In this document: piece after piece, positions 1 through 11,342 of the stretch | Layout: every line of letters begins with the position of its first letter | Numbering within the stretch: position 1 is the first letter of the stretch | Assembly (NCBI GenBank): GCA_964057225.1 | Contig: OZ059897.1 | Coordinates: forward strand, 2,170,001 to 2,234,000 | DNA: 64,000 bases | Direction: 5' to 3' | Source of the DNA: Auanema rhodensis | Taxonomy: Eukaryota > Animalia > Nematoda | Position numbers and translations under genes: made by a program | The notes under the pieces: generated by a model | What the model saw: the letters and a program-made list of their open reading frames with translations, nothing else | What the model was told of the DNA's origin: nothing | Database searches by the model: none

Positions 1-3000
1 TGTCAAAATGTTTTTGGAAGCAATGTTGAGTGTACATGGGAACTCAACATACACTAATGCATTATTTTTCAAACGATCATAACTATTTTCTGTAAATAGC
101 GTTTCTCAATGTAGTATAGTGCATTCAATGCGGATTTTTAAGCTGCGTTGATCTGTGTTATCAGATTTGAGTTAACTTAAAAATGCACCGAGATATCAAG
201 TGATATATGTTCACACTTATATCCTCGATTTTCAAACTGAAGAATTGATTTTTTTGTTGAATAACATTGTCCATCGTCTTCGTCTTGAAAAAAGGAATCT
301 AAAAACATCTACTTTTTGTGAAATTATCTAGAAATTTTTCGGGAAAATTTTTGTCAAAATGTTTTTGGAAGCAATGTTGAGTGTACATGGGAACTCAACA
401 TACACTAATGCATTATTTTTCAAACGATCATAACTATTTTCTTTAAATAGCGTTTCTCAATGTAGTATAGTGCATTCGATGCGGATTTTTAAGCTGCGTT
501 GATCTGTGTTATCAGATTTGAGTTAACTTAAAAATGCACCGAGATATCAACTGATATATGTTCACACTTATATCCTCGATTTTCACCCTGAAGAAATGAT
601 TTTTTGGTTGAAAAACATTGTCCATCGTCTTCGTCTTGAAAAAAGGAATCTAAAAACATCTACTTTTTGTGAAATTATTTAGAAATTTTTCGGGAAAATT
701 TTTGTCAAAATGTTTTTGGAAGCAATGTTGAGTGTACATGGGAACTCAGCATACACTAATGCATTATTTTTCAAACGATAATAACTAATTTTTGTATAGA
801 GCGTTTCTTAATGTAGTATAGTGCATTCGATGCGGATTTTTAAGTTGCGTTGATCTGTGTTATCAGATTTGAGTTAGCTTAAAAATGCACCGAGATATCA
901 ACTGATATATGTTCACACTTATATCCTCGATTTTCACCCTGAAGAAATGATTTTTTCGTTGAATAACATTGTCCATCATCTTCGTCTTGAAAAAAGGAAT
1001 CTAAAAACATCTACTTTTTGTGAAATTATTTAGAAATTTTTCGGGAAAATTTTTGTCAAAATGTTTTTGGAAGCAATGTTGGGTGTACATGGGAACTCAA
1101 CATACACTAATGCATTATTTTTCAAACGATCATAACTTATTTTTGTATAGAGCGTTTCTCAATGTAGTATAGTGCATTCGATGCGGATTTTTAAGCTGCG
1201 TCGATCTGTGTTATCAGATTTGAGTTAGCTTAAAAATGCACCGAGATATCAACTGATGTATGTTCACACTTATATCCTCGATTTTCACCCTGAAGAAATG
1301 ATTTTTTCGTTGAAAAAACATTGTCCATCGTCTTTGCCTTGAAAAAAGGAATCTAAAAACATCTACTTTTTGTGAAATTATTCAGAAATTTTTCGGGAAA
1401 ATTTTTGTCAAAATGTTTTTGGAAGCAATGTTGAGTGTACATGGGAACTCAGCATACACTAATGCATTATTTTTCAAACGATCATAACTAATTTTTGTAA
1501 ATAGCGTTTCTCGATGTAGTATAGTGCATTCGATGCGGATTTTTAAGTTGCGTTGATCTGTGTTATCAGATTTGAGTTAACTTAAAAATGCACCGAGATA
1601 TCAACTGATATATGTTCACACTTATATCCTCGATTTTCACCCTGAAGAAATGATTTTTTCGTTGAAAAACATTGTCCATCGTCTTTGTCATGAAAAAAGG
1701 AATCTAAAAACATCTACTTTTTGTGAAATTATTTAGAAATTTTTCGGGAAAATTTTTGTCAAAATGTTTTTGGAAGCAATGTTGAGTGTACATGGGAACT
1801 CAACATACACTAATGCATTATTTTTCAAACGATCATAACTAATTTTTGTAAATAGCGTTTCTCAAGGTAGTATAGTGCATTCGATGCGGATTTTTAAGCT
1901 GCGTCGATCTGTGTTATCAGATTTGAGCTAGCTTAAAAATGCACCGAGATATCAACTGATATATGTTCACACTTATATCCTCGATTTTCACCCTGAAGAA
2001 ATGATTTTTTGGTTGAAAAACATTGTCCATCGTCTTCGTCTTGAAAAAAGGAATCTAAAAACATCTACTTTTTGTGAAATTATTTAGAAATTTTTCGGGA
2101 AAATTTTTGTCAAAATGTTTTTGGAAGCAATGTTGAGTGTACATGGGAACTCAACATACACTAATGCATTATTTTTCAAACGATCATAACTATTTTCTGT
2201 AAATAGCGTTTCTCAATGTAGTATAGTGCATTCGATGCGGATTTTTAAGCTGCGTTGATCTGTGTTATCAGATTTGAGTTAACTTAAAAAGGCACCGAGA
2301 TATCAACTGATATATGTTCACACTTATATCCTCGATTTTCACCCTGAAGAAATGATTTTTTCGTTGAAAAAACATTGTCCATCGTCTTTGCCTTGAAAAA
2401 AGGAATCTAAAAACATCTACTTTTTGTGAAATTATTTAGAAATTTTTCGGGAAAATTTTTGTCAAAATGTTTTTGGAAGCAATGTTGAGTGTACATGGGA
2501 ACTCAACATACACTAATGCATTATTTTTCAAACGATCATAACTTATTTTTGTATAGAGCGTTTCTCAATGTAGTATAGTGCATTCGATGCGGATTTTTAA
2601 GCTGCGTCGATCTGTGTTATCCGATTTGAGCTAGCTTGAAAATGTACCGAGATATCAACTGATATATGTTCACACTTATATCCTCGATTTTCACCCTGAA
2701 GAATTTATTTTTTCGTTGAATAACATTGTCCATCGTCTTCGCCTTGAAAGAAGGAATCTAAAAACATCTACTTTTTGTGAAATTATTCAGAAATTTTTCG
2801 GGAAAATTTTTGTCAAAATGTTTTTGGAAGCAATATTGAGTGTACATGGGAACTCAGCATACACTAATGCATTATTTTTCAAACGATAATAACTAATTTT
2901 TGTATAGAGCGTTTCTTAATGTAGTATAGTGCATTCGATGCGGATTTTTAAGTTGCGTTGATCTGTGTTATCAGATTTGAGTTAGCTTAAAAATGCACCG

Positions 3001-6000
3001 AGATATCAACTGATATATGTTCACACTTATATCCTCGATTTTCACCCTGAAGAAATGATTTTTTGGTTGAAAAACATTGTCCATCGTCTTCGTCTTGAAA
3101 AAAGGAATCTAAAAACATCTACTTTTTGTGAAATTATTTAGAAATTTTTCGGGAAAATTTTTGTCAAAATGTTTTTGGAAGCAATGTTGAGTGTACATGG
3201 GAACTCAGCATACACTAATGCATTATTTTTCAAACGATAATAACTAATTTTTGTATAGAGCGTTTCTTAATGTAGTATAGTGCATTCGATGCGGATTTTT
3301 AAGTTGCGTTGATCTGTGTTATCAGATTTGAGTTAGGTTAAAAATGCACCGAGATATCAACTGATATATGTTCACACTTATATCCTCGATTTTCACCCTG
3401 AAGAATTTATTTTTTCGTTGAATAACATTGTCCATCGTCTTCGCCTTGAAAGAAGGAATCTAAAAACATCTACTTTTTGTGAAATTATTCAGAAATTTTT
3501 CGGGAAAATTTTTGTCAAAATGTTTTTGGAAGCAATGTTGAGTGTACATGGGAACTCAACATACACTAATGCATTATTTTTCAAACGATCATAACTATTT
3601 TCTGTAAATAGCGTTTCTCAATGTAGTATAGTGCATTCGATGCGGATTTTTAAGCTGCGTTGATCTGTGTTATCAGATTTGAGTTAACTTAAAAATGCAC
3701 CGAGATATCAACTGATATATGTTCACACTTATATCCTCGATTTTCACAATGAAGAAATGATTTTTTCGTTGAATAACATTGTCCATCGTCTTCGTCTTGA
3801 AAAAAAGAATCTAAAAACATCTACTTTTTGTGAAATTATTTAGAAATTTTTCGGGAAAATTTTTGGCAAAATGTTTTTGGAAGCAATGTTGAGTGTACAT
3901 GGGAACTCAACATACACTAATGCATTATTTTTCAAACGATCATAACTAATTTCTGTAAATAGCGTTTCTCAATGTAGTATAGTGCATTCGATGCGGATTT
4001 TTAAGCTGCGTCGATCTGTGTTATCAGATTTGAGTTAGCTTAAAAATGCACCGAGATATCAACTGATATATGTTCACACTTATATCCTCTATTTTCACCC
4101 TGAAGAAATAGTTTTTTCGTTGAAAAACATTGTCCATCGTCTTTGCCTTGAAAAAAGGAATCTAAAAACATCTACTTTTTGTGAAATTATTTAGAAATTT
4201 TTCGGGAAAATTTTTGTCAAAATGTTTTTGGAAGCAATGTTGAGTGTACATGGGAACTCAACATACACTAATGCATTATTTTTCAAACGATCATAACAAT
4301 TTATGTAAATAGCGTTTCTCAATGTAGTATAGTGCATTCGATGCGGATTTTTAAGTTGCGTTGATCTGTGTTATCAGATTTGAGTTAGCTTAAAAATGCA
4401 CCGAGATATCAACTGATTTATGTTCACACTTATATCCTCGATTTTCACCCTGAAGAAATGATTTTTTCGTTGAATAACATTGTCCATCGTCTTCGTCTTG
4501 AAAAAAGGAATCTAAAAACATCTACTTTTTGTGAAATTATTTAGAAATTTTTCGGGAAAATTTTTGTCAAAATGTTTTTGGAAGCAATGTTGGGTGTACA
4601 TGGGAACTCAGCAAACACTAATGCATTATTTTTCAAACGATCATAACTTATTTTTGTATAGAGCGTTTCTCAATGTAGTATAGTGCATTCGATGCGGATT
4701 TTTAAGCTGCGTCGATCTGTGTTATCAGATTTGAGTTAGCTTAAAAATGCACCGAGATATCAACTGATATATGTTCACACTTATATCCTCGATTTTCACC
4801 CTGAAGAAATGATTTTTTCGTTGAATAACATTGTCCATCGTCTTCGTCTTGAAAAAAGGAATCTAAAAACATCTACTTTTTGTGAAATTATTTAGAAATT
4901 TTTCGGGAAAATTTTTGTCAAAATGTTTTTGGAAGCAATGTTGAGTGTACATGGGAACTCAACATACACTAATGCATTATTTTTCAAACGATCATAACTT
5001 ATTTTTGTATAGAGCGTTTCTCAATGTAGTATAGTGCATTCGATGCGGATTTTTAAGCTGCGTCGATCTGTGTTATCCGATTTGAGTTAGCTTAAAAATG
5101 CACCGAGATATCAACTGATATATGTTCACACTTATATCCTCGATTTTCACCCTGAAGAAATGATTTTTTCGTTGAATAACATTGTCCATCGTCTTCGTCT
5201 TGAAAAAAGGAATCTAAAAACATCTACTTTTTGTGAAATTATTTAGAAATTTTTCGGGAAAATTTTTGTCAAAATGTTTTTGGAAGCAATGTTGAGTGTA
5301 CATGGGAACTCAACATACACTAATGCATTATTTTTCAAACGATCATAACTAATTTTTGTATAGAGCGTTTCTCAATGTAGTATAGTGCATTCGATGCGGA
5401 TTTTTAAGCTGCGTTGATCTGTGTTATCAGATTTGAGTTAACTTTAAAATGCACCGAGATATCAACTGATATAGGTTCACACTTATATCCTCAATTTTCA
5501 CCCTGAAGAAGTAGTTTTTTCGTTGAAAAACATTGTCCATCGTCTTCGTCATGAAAAAAGGAATCTAAAAACATCTACTTTTTAAGAAATTATATAGAAA
5601 TTTTTCGGGAAAAGTTTTGTCAAAATGTTTTTGGAAGCAATGTTGAGTGTACATGGGAACTCAACATACACTAATGCATTATTTTTCAAACGATCATAAC
5701 TTATTTTTGTATAGAGCGTTTCTCAATGTAGTATAGTGCATTCGATGCGGATTTTTAAGCTGCGTCGATCTGTGTTATCAGATTTGAGTTAGCTTAAAAA
5801 TGCACCGAGATATCAACTGATATATGTTCACACTTATATCCTCGATTTTCACCCTGAAGAAATGATTTTTTCGTTGAATAACATTGTCCATCGTCTTTGT
5901 CTTGAAAAAAGGAATCTAAAAACATCTACTTTTTGTGAAATTATTTAGAAATTTTTCGGGAAAATTTTTGTCAAAATGTTTTTGGAAGCAATGTTGAGTG

Positions 6001-9000
6001 TACATGGGAACTCAACATACACTAATGCATTATTTTTCAAACGATCATAACTAATTTTTGTAAATAGCGTTTCTCAAGGTAGTATAGTGCATTCGATGCG
6101 GATTTTTAAGCTGCGTCGATCTGTGTTATCAGATTTGAGTTAGCTTAAAAATGCACCGAGATATCAACTGATATATGTTCACACTTATATCCTCGATTTT
6201 CAAACTGAAGAATTGATTTTTTTGTTGAATAACATTGTTCATCGTCTTCGTCTTGAAAAAAGGAATCTAAAAACATCTACTTTTTGTGAAATTATCTAGA
6301 AATTTTTCGGGAAAATTTTTGTCAAAATGTTTTTGGAAGCAATGTTGAGTGTACATGGGAACTCAACATACACTAATGCATTATTTTTCAAACGATCATA
6401 ACTATTTTCTGTAAATAGCGTTTCTCAATGTAGTATAGTGCATTCAATGCGGATTTTTAAGCTGCGTTGATCTGTGTTATCAGATTTGAGTTAACTTAAA
6501 AATGCACCGAGATATCAAGTGATATATGTTCACACTTATATCCTCGATTTTCAAACTGAAGAATTGATTTTTTTGTTGAATAACATTGTCCATCGTCTTC
6601 GTCTTGAAAAAAGGAATCTAAAAACATCTACTTTTTGTGAAATTATCTAGAAATTTTTCGGGAAAATTTTTGTCAAAATGTTTTTGGAAGCAATGTTGAG
6701 TGTACATGGGAACTCAACATACACTAATGCATTATTTTTCAAACGATCATAACTATTTTCTTTAAATAGCGTTTCTCAATGTAGTATAGTGCATTCGATG
6801 CGGATTTTTAAGCTGCGTTGATCTGTGTTATCAGATTTGAGTTAACTTAAAAATGCACCGAGATATCAACTGATATATGTTCACACTTATATCCTCGATT
6901 TTCACCCTGAAGAAATGATTTTTTGGTTGAAAAACATTGTCCATCGTCTTCGTCTTGAAAAAAGGAATCTAAAAACATCTACTTTTTGTGAAATTATTTA
7001 GAAATTTTTCGGGAAAATTTTTGTCAAAATGTTTTTGGAAGCAATGTTGAGTGTACATGGGAACTCAGCATACACTAATGCATTATTTTTCAAACGATAA
7101 TAACTAATTTTTGTATAGAGCGTTTCTTAATGTAGTATAGTGCATTCGATGCGGATTTTTAAGTTGCGTTGATCTGTGTTATCAGATTTGAGTTAGCTTA
7201 AAAATGCACCGAGATATCAACTGATATATGTTCACACTTATATCCTCGATTTTCACCCTGAAGAAATGATTTTTTCGTTGAATAACATTGTCCATCATCT
7301 TCGTCTTGAAAAAAGGAATCTAAAAACATCTACTTTTTGTGAAATTATTTAGAAATTTTTCGGGAAAATTTTTGTCAAAATGTTTTTGGAAGCAATGTTG
7401 GGTGTACATGGGAACTCAACATACACTAATGCATTATTTTTCAAACGATCATAACTTATTTTTGTATAGAGCGTTTCTCAATGTAGTATAGTGCATTCGA
7501 TGCGGATTTTTAAGCTGCGTCGATCTGTGTTATCAGATTTGAGTTAGCTTAAAAATGCACCGAGATATCAACTGATATATGTTCACACTTATATCCTCGA
7601 TTTTCACCCTGAAGAAATGATTTTTTCGTTGAAAAAACATTGTCCATCGTCTTTGCCTTGAAAAAAGGAATCTAAAAACATCTACTTTTTGTGAAATTAT
7701 TCAGAAATTTTTCGGGAAAATTTTTGTCAAAATGTTTTTGGAAGCAATGTTGAGTGTACATGGGAACTCAGCATACACTAATGCATTATTTTTCAAACGA
7801 TCATAACTAATTTTTGTAAATAGCGTTTCTCGATGTAGTATAGTGCATTCGATGCGGATTTTTAAGTTGCGTTGATCTGTGTTATCAGATTTGAGTTAAC
7901 TTAAAAATGCACCGAGATATCAACTGATATATGTTCACACTTATATCCTCGATTTTCACCCTGAAGAAATGATTTTTTCGTTGAAAAACATTGTCCATCG
8001 TCTTTGTCATGAAAAAAGGAATCTAAAAACATCTACTTTTTGTGAAATTATTTAGAAATTTTTCGGGAAAATTTTTGTCAAAATGTTTTTGGAAGCAATG
8101 TTGAGTGTACATGGGAACTCAACATACACTAATGCATTATTTTTCAAACGATCATAACTAATTTTTGTAAATAGCGTTTCTCAAGGTAGTATAGTGCATT
8201 CGATGCGGATTTTTAAGCTGCGTCGATCTGTGTTATCAGATTTGAGCTAGCTTAAAAATGCACCGAGATATCAACTGATATATGTTCACACTTATATCCT
8301 CGATTTTCACCCTGAAGAAATGATTTTTTTGTTGAAAAACATTGTCCATCGTCTTCGTCTTGAAAAAAGGAATCTAAAAACATCTACTTTTTGTGAAATT
8401 ATTTAGAAATTTTTCGGGAAAATTTTTGTCAAAATGTTTTTGGAAGCAATGTTGAGTGTACATGGGAACTCAACATACACTAATGCATTATTTTTCAAAC
8501 GATCATAACTATTTTCTGTAAATAGCGTTTCTCAATGTAGTATAGTGCATTCGATGCGGATTTTTAAGCTGCGTTGATCTGTGTTATCAGATTTGAGTTA
8601 ACTTAAAAAGGCACCGAGATATCAACTGATATATGTTCACACTTATATCCTCGATTTTCACCCTGAAGAAATGATTTTTTCGTTGAAAAAACATTGTCCA
8701 TCGTCTTTGCCTTGAAAAAAGGAATCTAAAAACATCTACTTTTTGTGAAATTATTTAGAAATTTTTCGGGAAAATTTTTGTCAAAATGTTTTTGGAAGCA
8801 ATGTTGAGTGTACATGGGAACTCAACATACACTAATGCATTATTTTTCAAACGATCATAACTTATTTTTGTATAGAGCGTTTCTCAATGTAGTATAGTGC
8901 ATTCGATGCGGATTTTTAAGCTGCGTCGATCTGTGTTATCCGATTTGAGCTAGCTTGAAAATGTACCGAGATATCAACTGATATATGTTCACACTTATAT

Positions 9001-9586
9001 CCTCGATTTTCACCCTGAAGAATTTATTTTTTCGTTGAATAACATTGTCCATCGTCTTCGCCTTGAAAGAAGGAATCTAAAAACATCTACTTTTTGTGAA
9101 ATTATTCAGAAATTTTTCGGGAAAATTTTTGTCAAAATGTTTTTGGAAGCAATATTGAGTGTACATGGGAACTCAGCATACACTAATGCATTATTTTTCA
9201 AACGATAATAACTAATTTTTGTATAGAGCGTTTCTTAATGTAGTATAGTGCATTCGATGCGGATTTTTAAGTTGCGTTGATCTGTGTTATCAGATTTGAG
9301 TTAGCTTAAAAATGCACCGAGATATCAACTGATATATGTTCACACTTATATCCTCGATTTTCACCCTGAAGAAATGATTTTTTGGTTGAAAAACATTGTC
9401 CATCGTCTTCGTCTTGAAAAAAGGAATCTAAAAACATCTACTTTTTGTGAAATTATTTAGAAATTTTTCGGGAAAATTTTTGTCAAAATGTTTTTGGAAG
9501 CAATGTTGAGTGTACATGGGAACTCAGCATACACTAATGCATTATTTTTCAAACGATAATAACTAATTTTTGTATAGAGCGTTTCT
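1..9586. repeat. Block duplication at 18-monomer offset (6319 bp): 1-~3267 is copied at 6320-~9586
   Basis: The rare variants GCATTCAATG (121 and 6440) and ATATCAAGTGA recur 6319 bp apart, and the order of monomer types is the same. The left boundary lies outside the window. Confidence 0.9.
23..50. other. Perfect 9-bp inverted repeat with 10-nt spacer (first monomer shown; present, perfect or with 1-2 substitutions, in every monomer)
   Basis: ATGTTGAGT (23-31) and ACTCAACAT (42-50) are exact reverse complements around the spacer GTACATGGGA. Confidence 0.9.
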
Positions 9587-11342
9587 CGATGTAGTATAGT
9601 GCATTCGATGCGGATTTTTAAGTTGCGTTGATCTGTGTTATCAGATTTGAGTTAACTTAAAAATGCACCGAGATATCAACTGATATATGTTCACACTTAT
9701 ATCCTCGATTTTCACCCTGAAGAAATGATTTTTTCGTTGAAAAACATTGTCCATCGTCTTTGTCATGAAAAAAGGAATCTAAAAACATCTACTTTTTGTG
9801 AAATTATTTAGAAATTTTTCGGGAAAATTTTTGTCAAAATGTTTTTGGAAGCAATGTTGAGTGTACATGGGAACTCAACATACACTAATGCATTATTTTT
9901 CAAACGATCATAACTAATTTTTGTAAATAGCGTTTCTCAAGGTAGTATAGTGCATTCGATGCGGATTTTTAAGCTGCGTCGATCTGTGTTATCAGATTTG
10001 AGCTAGCTTAAAAATGCACCGAGATATCAACTGATATATGTTCACACTTATATCCTCGATTTTCACCCTGAAGAAATGATTTTTTTGTTGAAAAACATTG
10101 TCCATCGTCTTCGTCTTGAAAAAAGGAATCTAAAAACATCTACTTTTTGTGAAATTATTTAGAAATTTTTCGGGAAAATTTTTGTCAAAATGTTTTTGGA
10201 AGCAATGTTGAGTGTACATGGGAACTCAACATACACTAATGCATTATTTTTCAAACGATCATAACTATTTTCTGTAAATAGCGTTTCTCAATGTAGTATA
10301 GTGCATTCGATGCGGATTTTTAAGCTGCGTTGATCTGTGTTATCAGATTTGAGTTAACTTAAAAAGGCACCGAGATATCAACTGATATATGTTCACACTT
10401 ATATCCTCGATTTTCACCCTGAAGAAATGATTTTTTCGTTGAAAAAACATTGTCCATCGTCTTTGCCTTGAAAAAAGGAATCTAAAAACATCTACTTTTT
10501 GTGAAATTATTTAGAAATTTTTCGGGAAAATTTTTGTCAAAATGTTTTTGGAAGCAATGTTGAGTGTACATGGGAACTCAACATACACTAATGCATTATT
10601 TTTCAAACGATCATAACTTATTTTTGTATAGAGCGTTTCTCAATGTAGTATAGTGCATTCGATGCGGATTTTTAAGCTGCGTCGATCTGTGTTATGCGAT
10701 TTGAGCTAGCTTGAAAATGTACCGAGATATCAACTGATATATGTTCACACTTATATCCTCGATTTTCACCCTGAAGAATTTATTTTTTCGTTGAATAACA
10801 TTGTCCATCGTCTTCGCCTTGAAAGAAGGAATCTAAAAACATCTACTTTTTGTGAAATTATTCAGAAATTTTTCGGGAAAATTTTTGTCAAAATGTTTTT
10901 GGAAGCAATATTGAGTGTACATGGGAACTCAGCATACACTAATGCATTATTTTTCAAACGATAATAACTAATTTTTGTATAGAGCGTTTCTTAATGTAGT
11001 ATAGTGCATTCGATGCGGATTTTTAAGTTGCGTTGATCTGTGTTATCAGATTTGAGTTAGCTTAAAAATGCACCGAGATATCAACTGATATATGTTCACA
11101 CTTATATCCTCGATTTTCACCCTGAAGAAATGATTTTTTGGTTGAAAAACATTGTCCATCGTCTTCGTCTTGAAAAAAGGAATCTAAAAACATCTACTTT
11201 TTGTGAAATTATTTAGAAATTTTTCGGGAAAATTTTTGTCAAAATGTTTTTGGAAGCAATGTTGAGTGTACATGGGAACTCAGCATACACTAATGCATTA
11301 TTTTTCAAACGATAATAACTAATTTTTGTATAGAGCGTTTCT
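7831..11342. repeat. Tandem 5-mer duplication (1756-bp unit, 2 copies)
   Basis: TTTCTCGATG at 7831/9587, AAAAAGGCACC, CAATATTGAG and the private TTTTTTTGTTGAAAAAC (~8330/~10086) all recur at +1756. Confidence 0.88.

Noticed and set aside
23-69. Rho-independent terminator
   Set aside because: The stem is AT-rich, the T-run is about 14 nt away, there is no upstream gene, and the context is a eukaryote-type satellite.
1-351. Identity with Drosophila 1.688 (359/353-bp) or tenebrionid 350-360-bp satellites
   Set aside because: Only length and AT content are similar. I see no match to the 1.688 consensus as I recall it and cannot verify the beetle families without a search.
1-351. Monomer as an ancient dimer of ~175-bp subunits
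   Set aside because: The length fits, but I could not align the two halves by eye beyond shared A/T tracts. A self dot-plot with shuffled controls is needed.
1-351. 5S rRNA, tRNA, snRNA or spliced-leader tandem gene unit
   Set aside because: No recognisable conserved RNA sequence, cloverleaf or Pol III A/B/C boxes are present, and frequent T-runs would terminate Pol III.
1657-1675. CENP-B box-like TTTCGTTGAAAAAC
   Set aside because: It resembles the 5' half of YTTCGTTGGAARCGGGA but lacks the essential CGGG. The monomer's CGGGA lies about 85 bp away.
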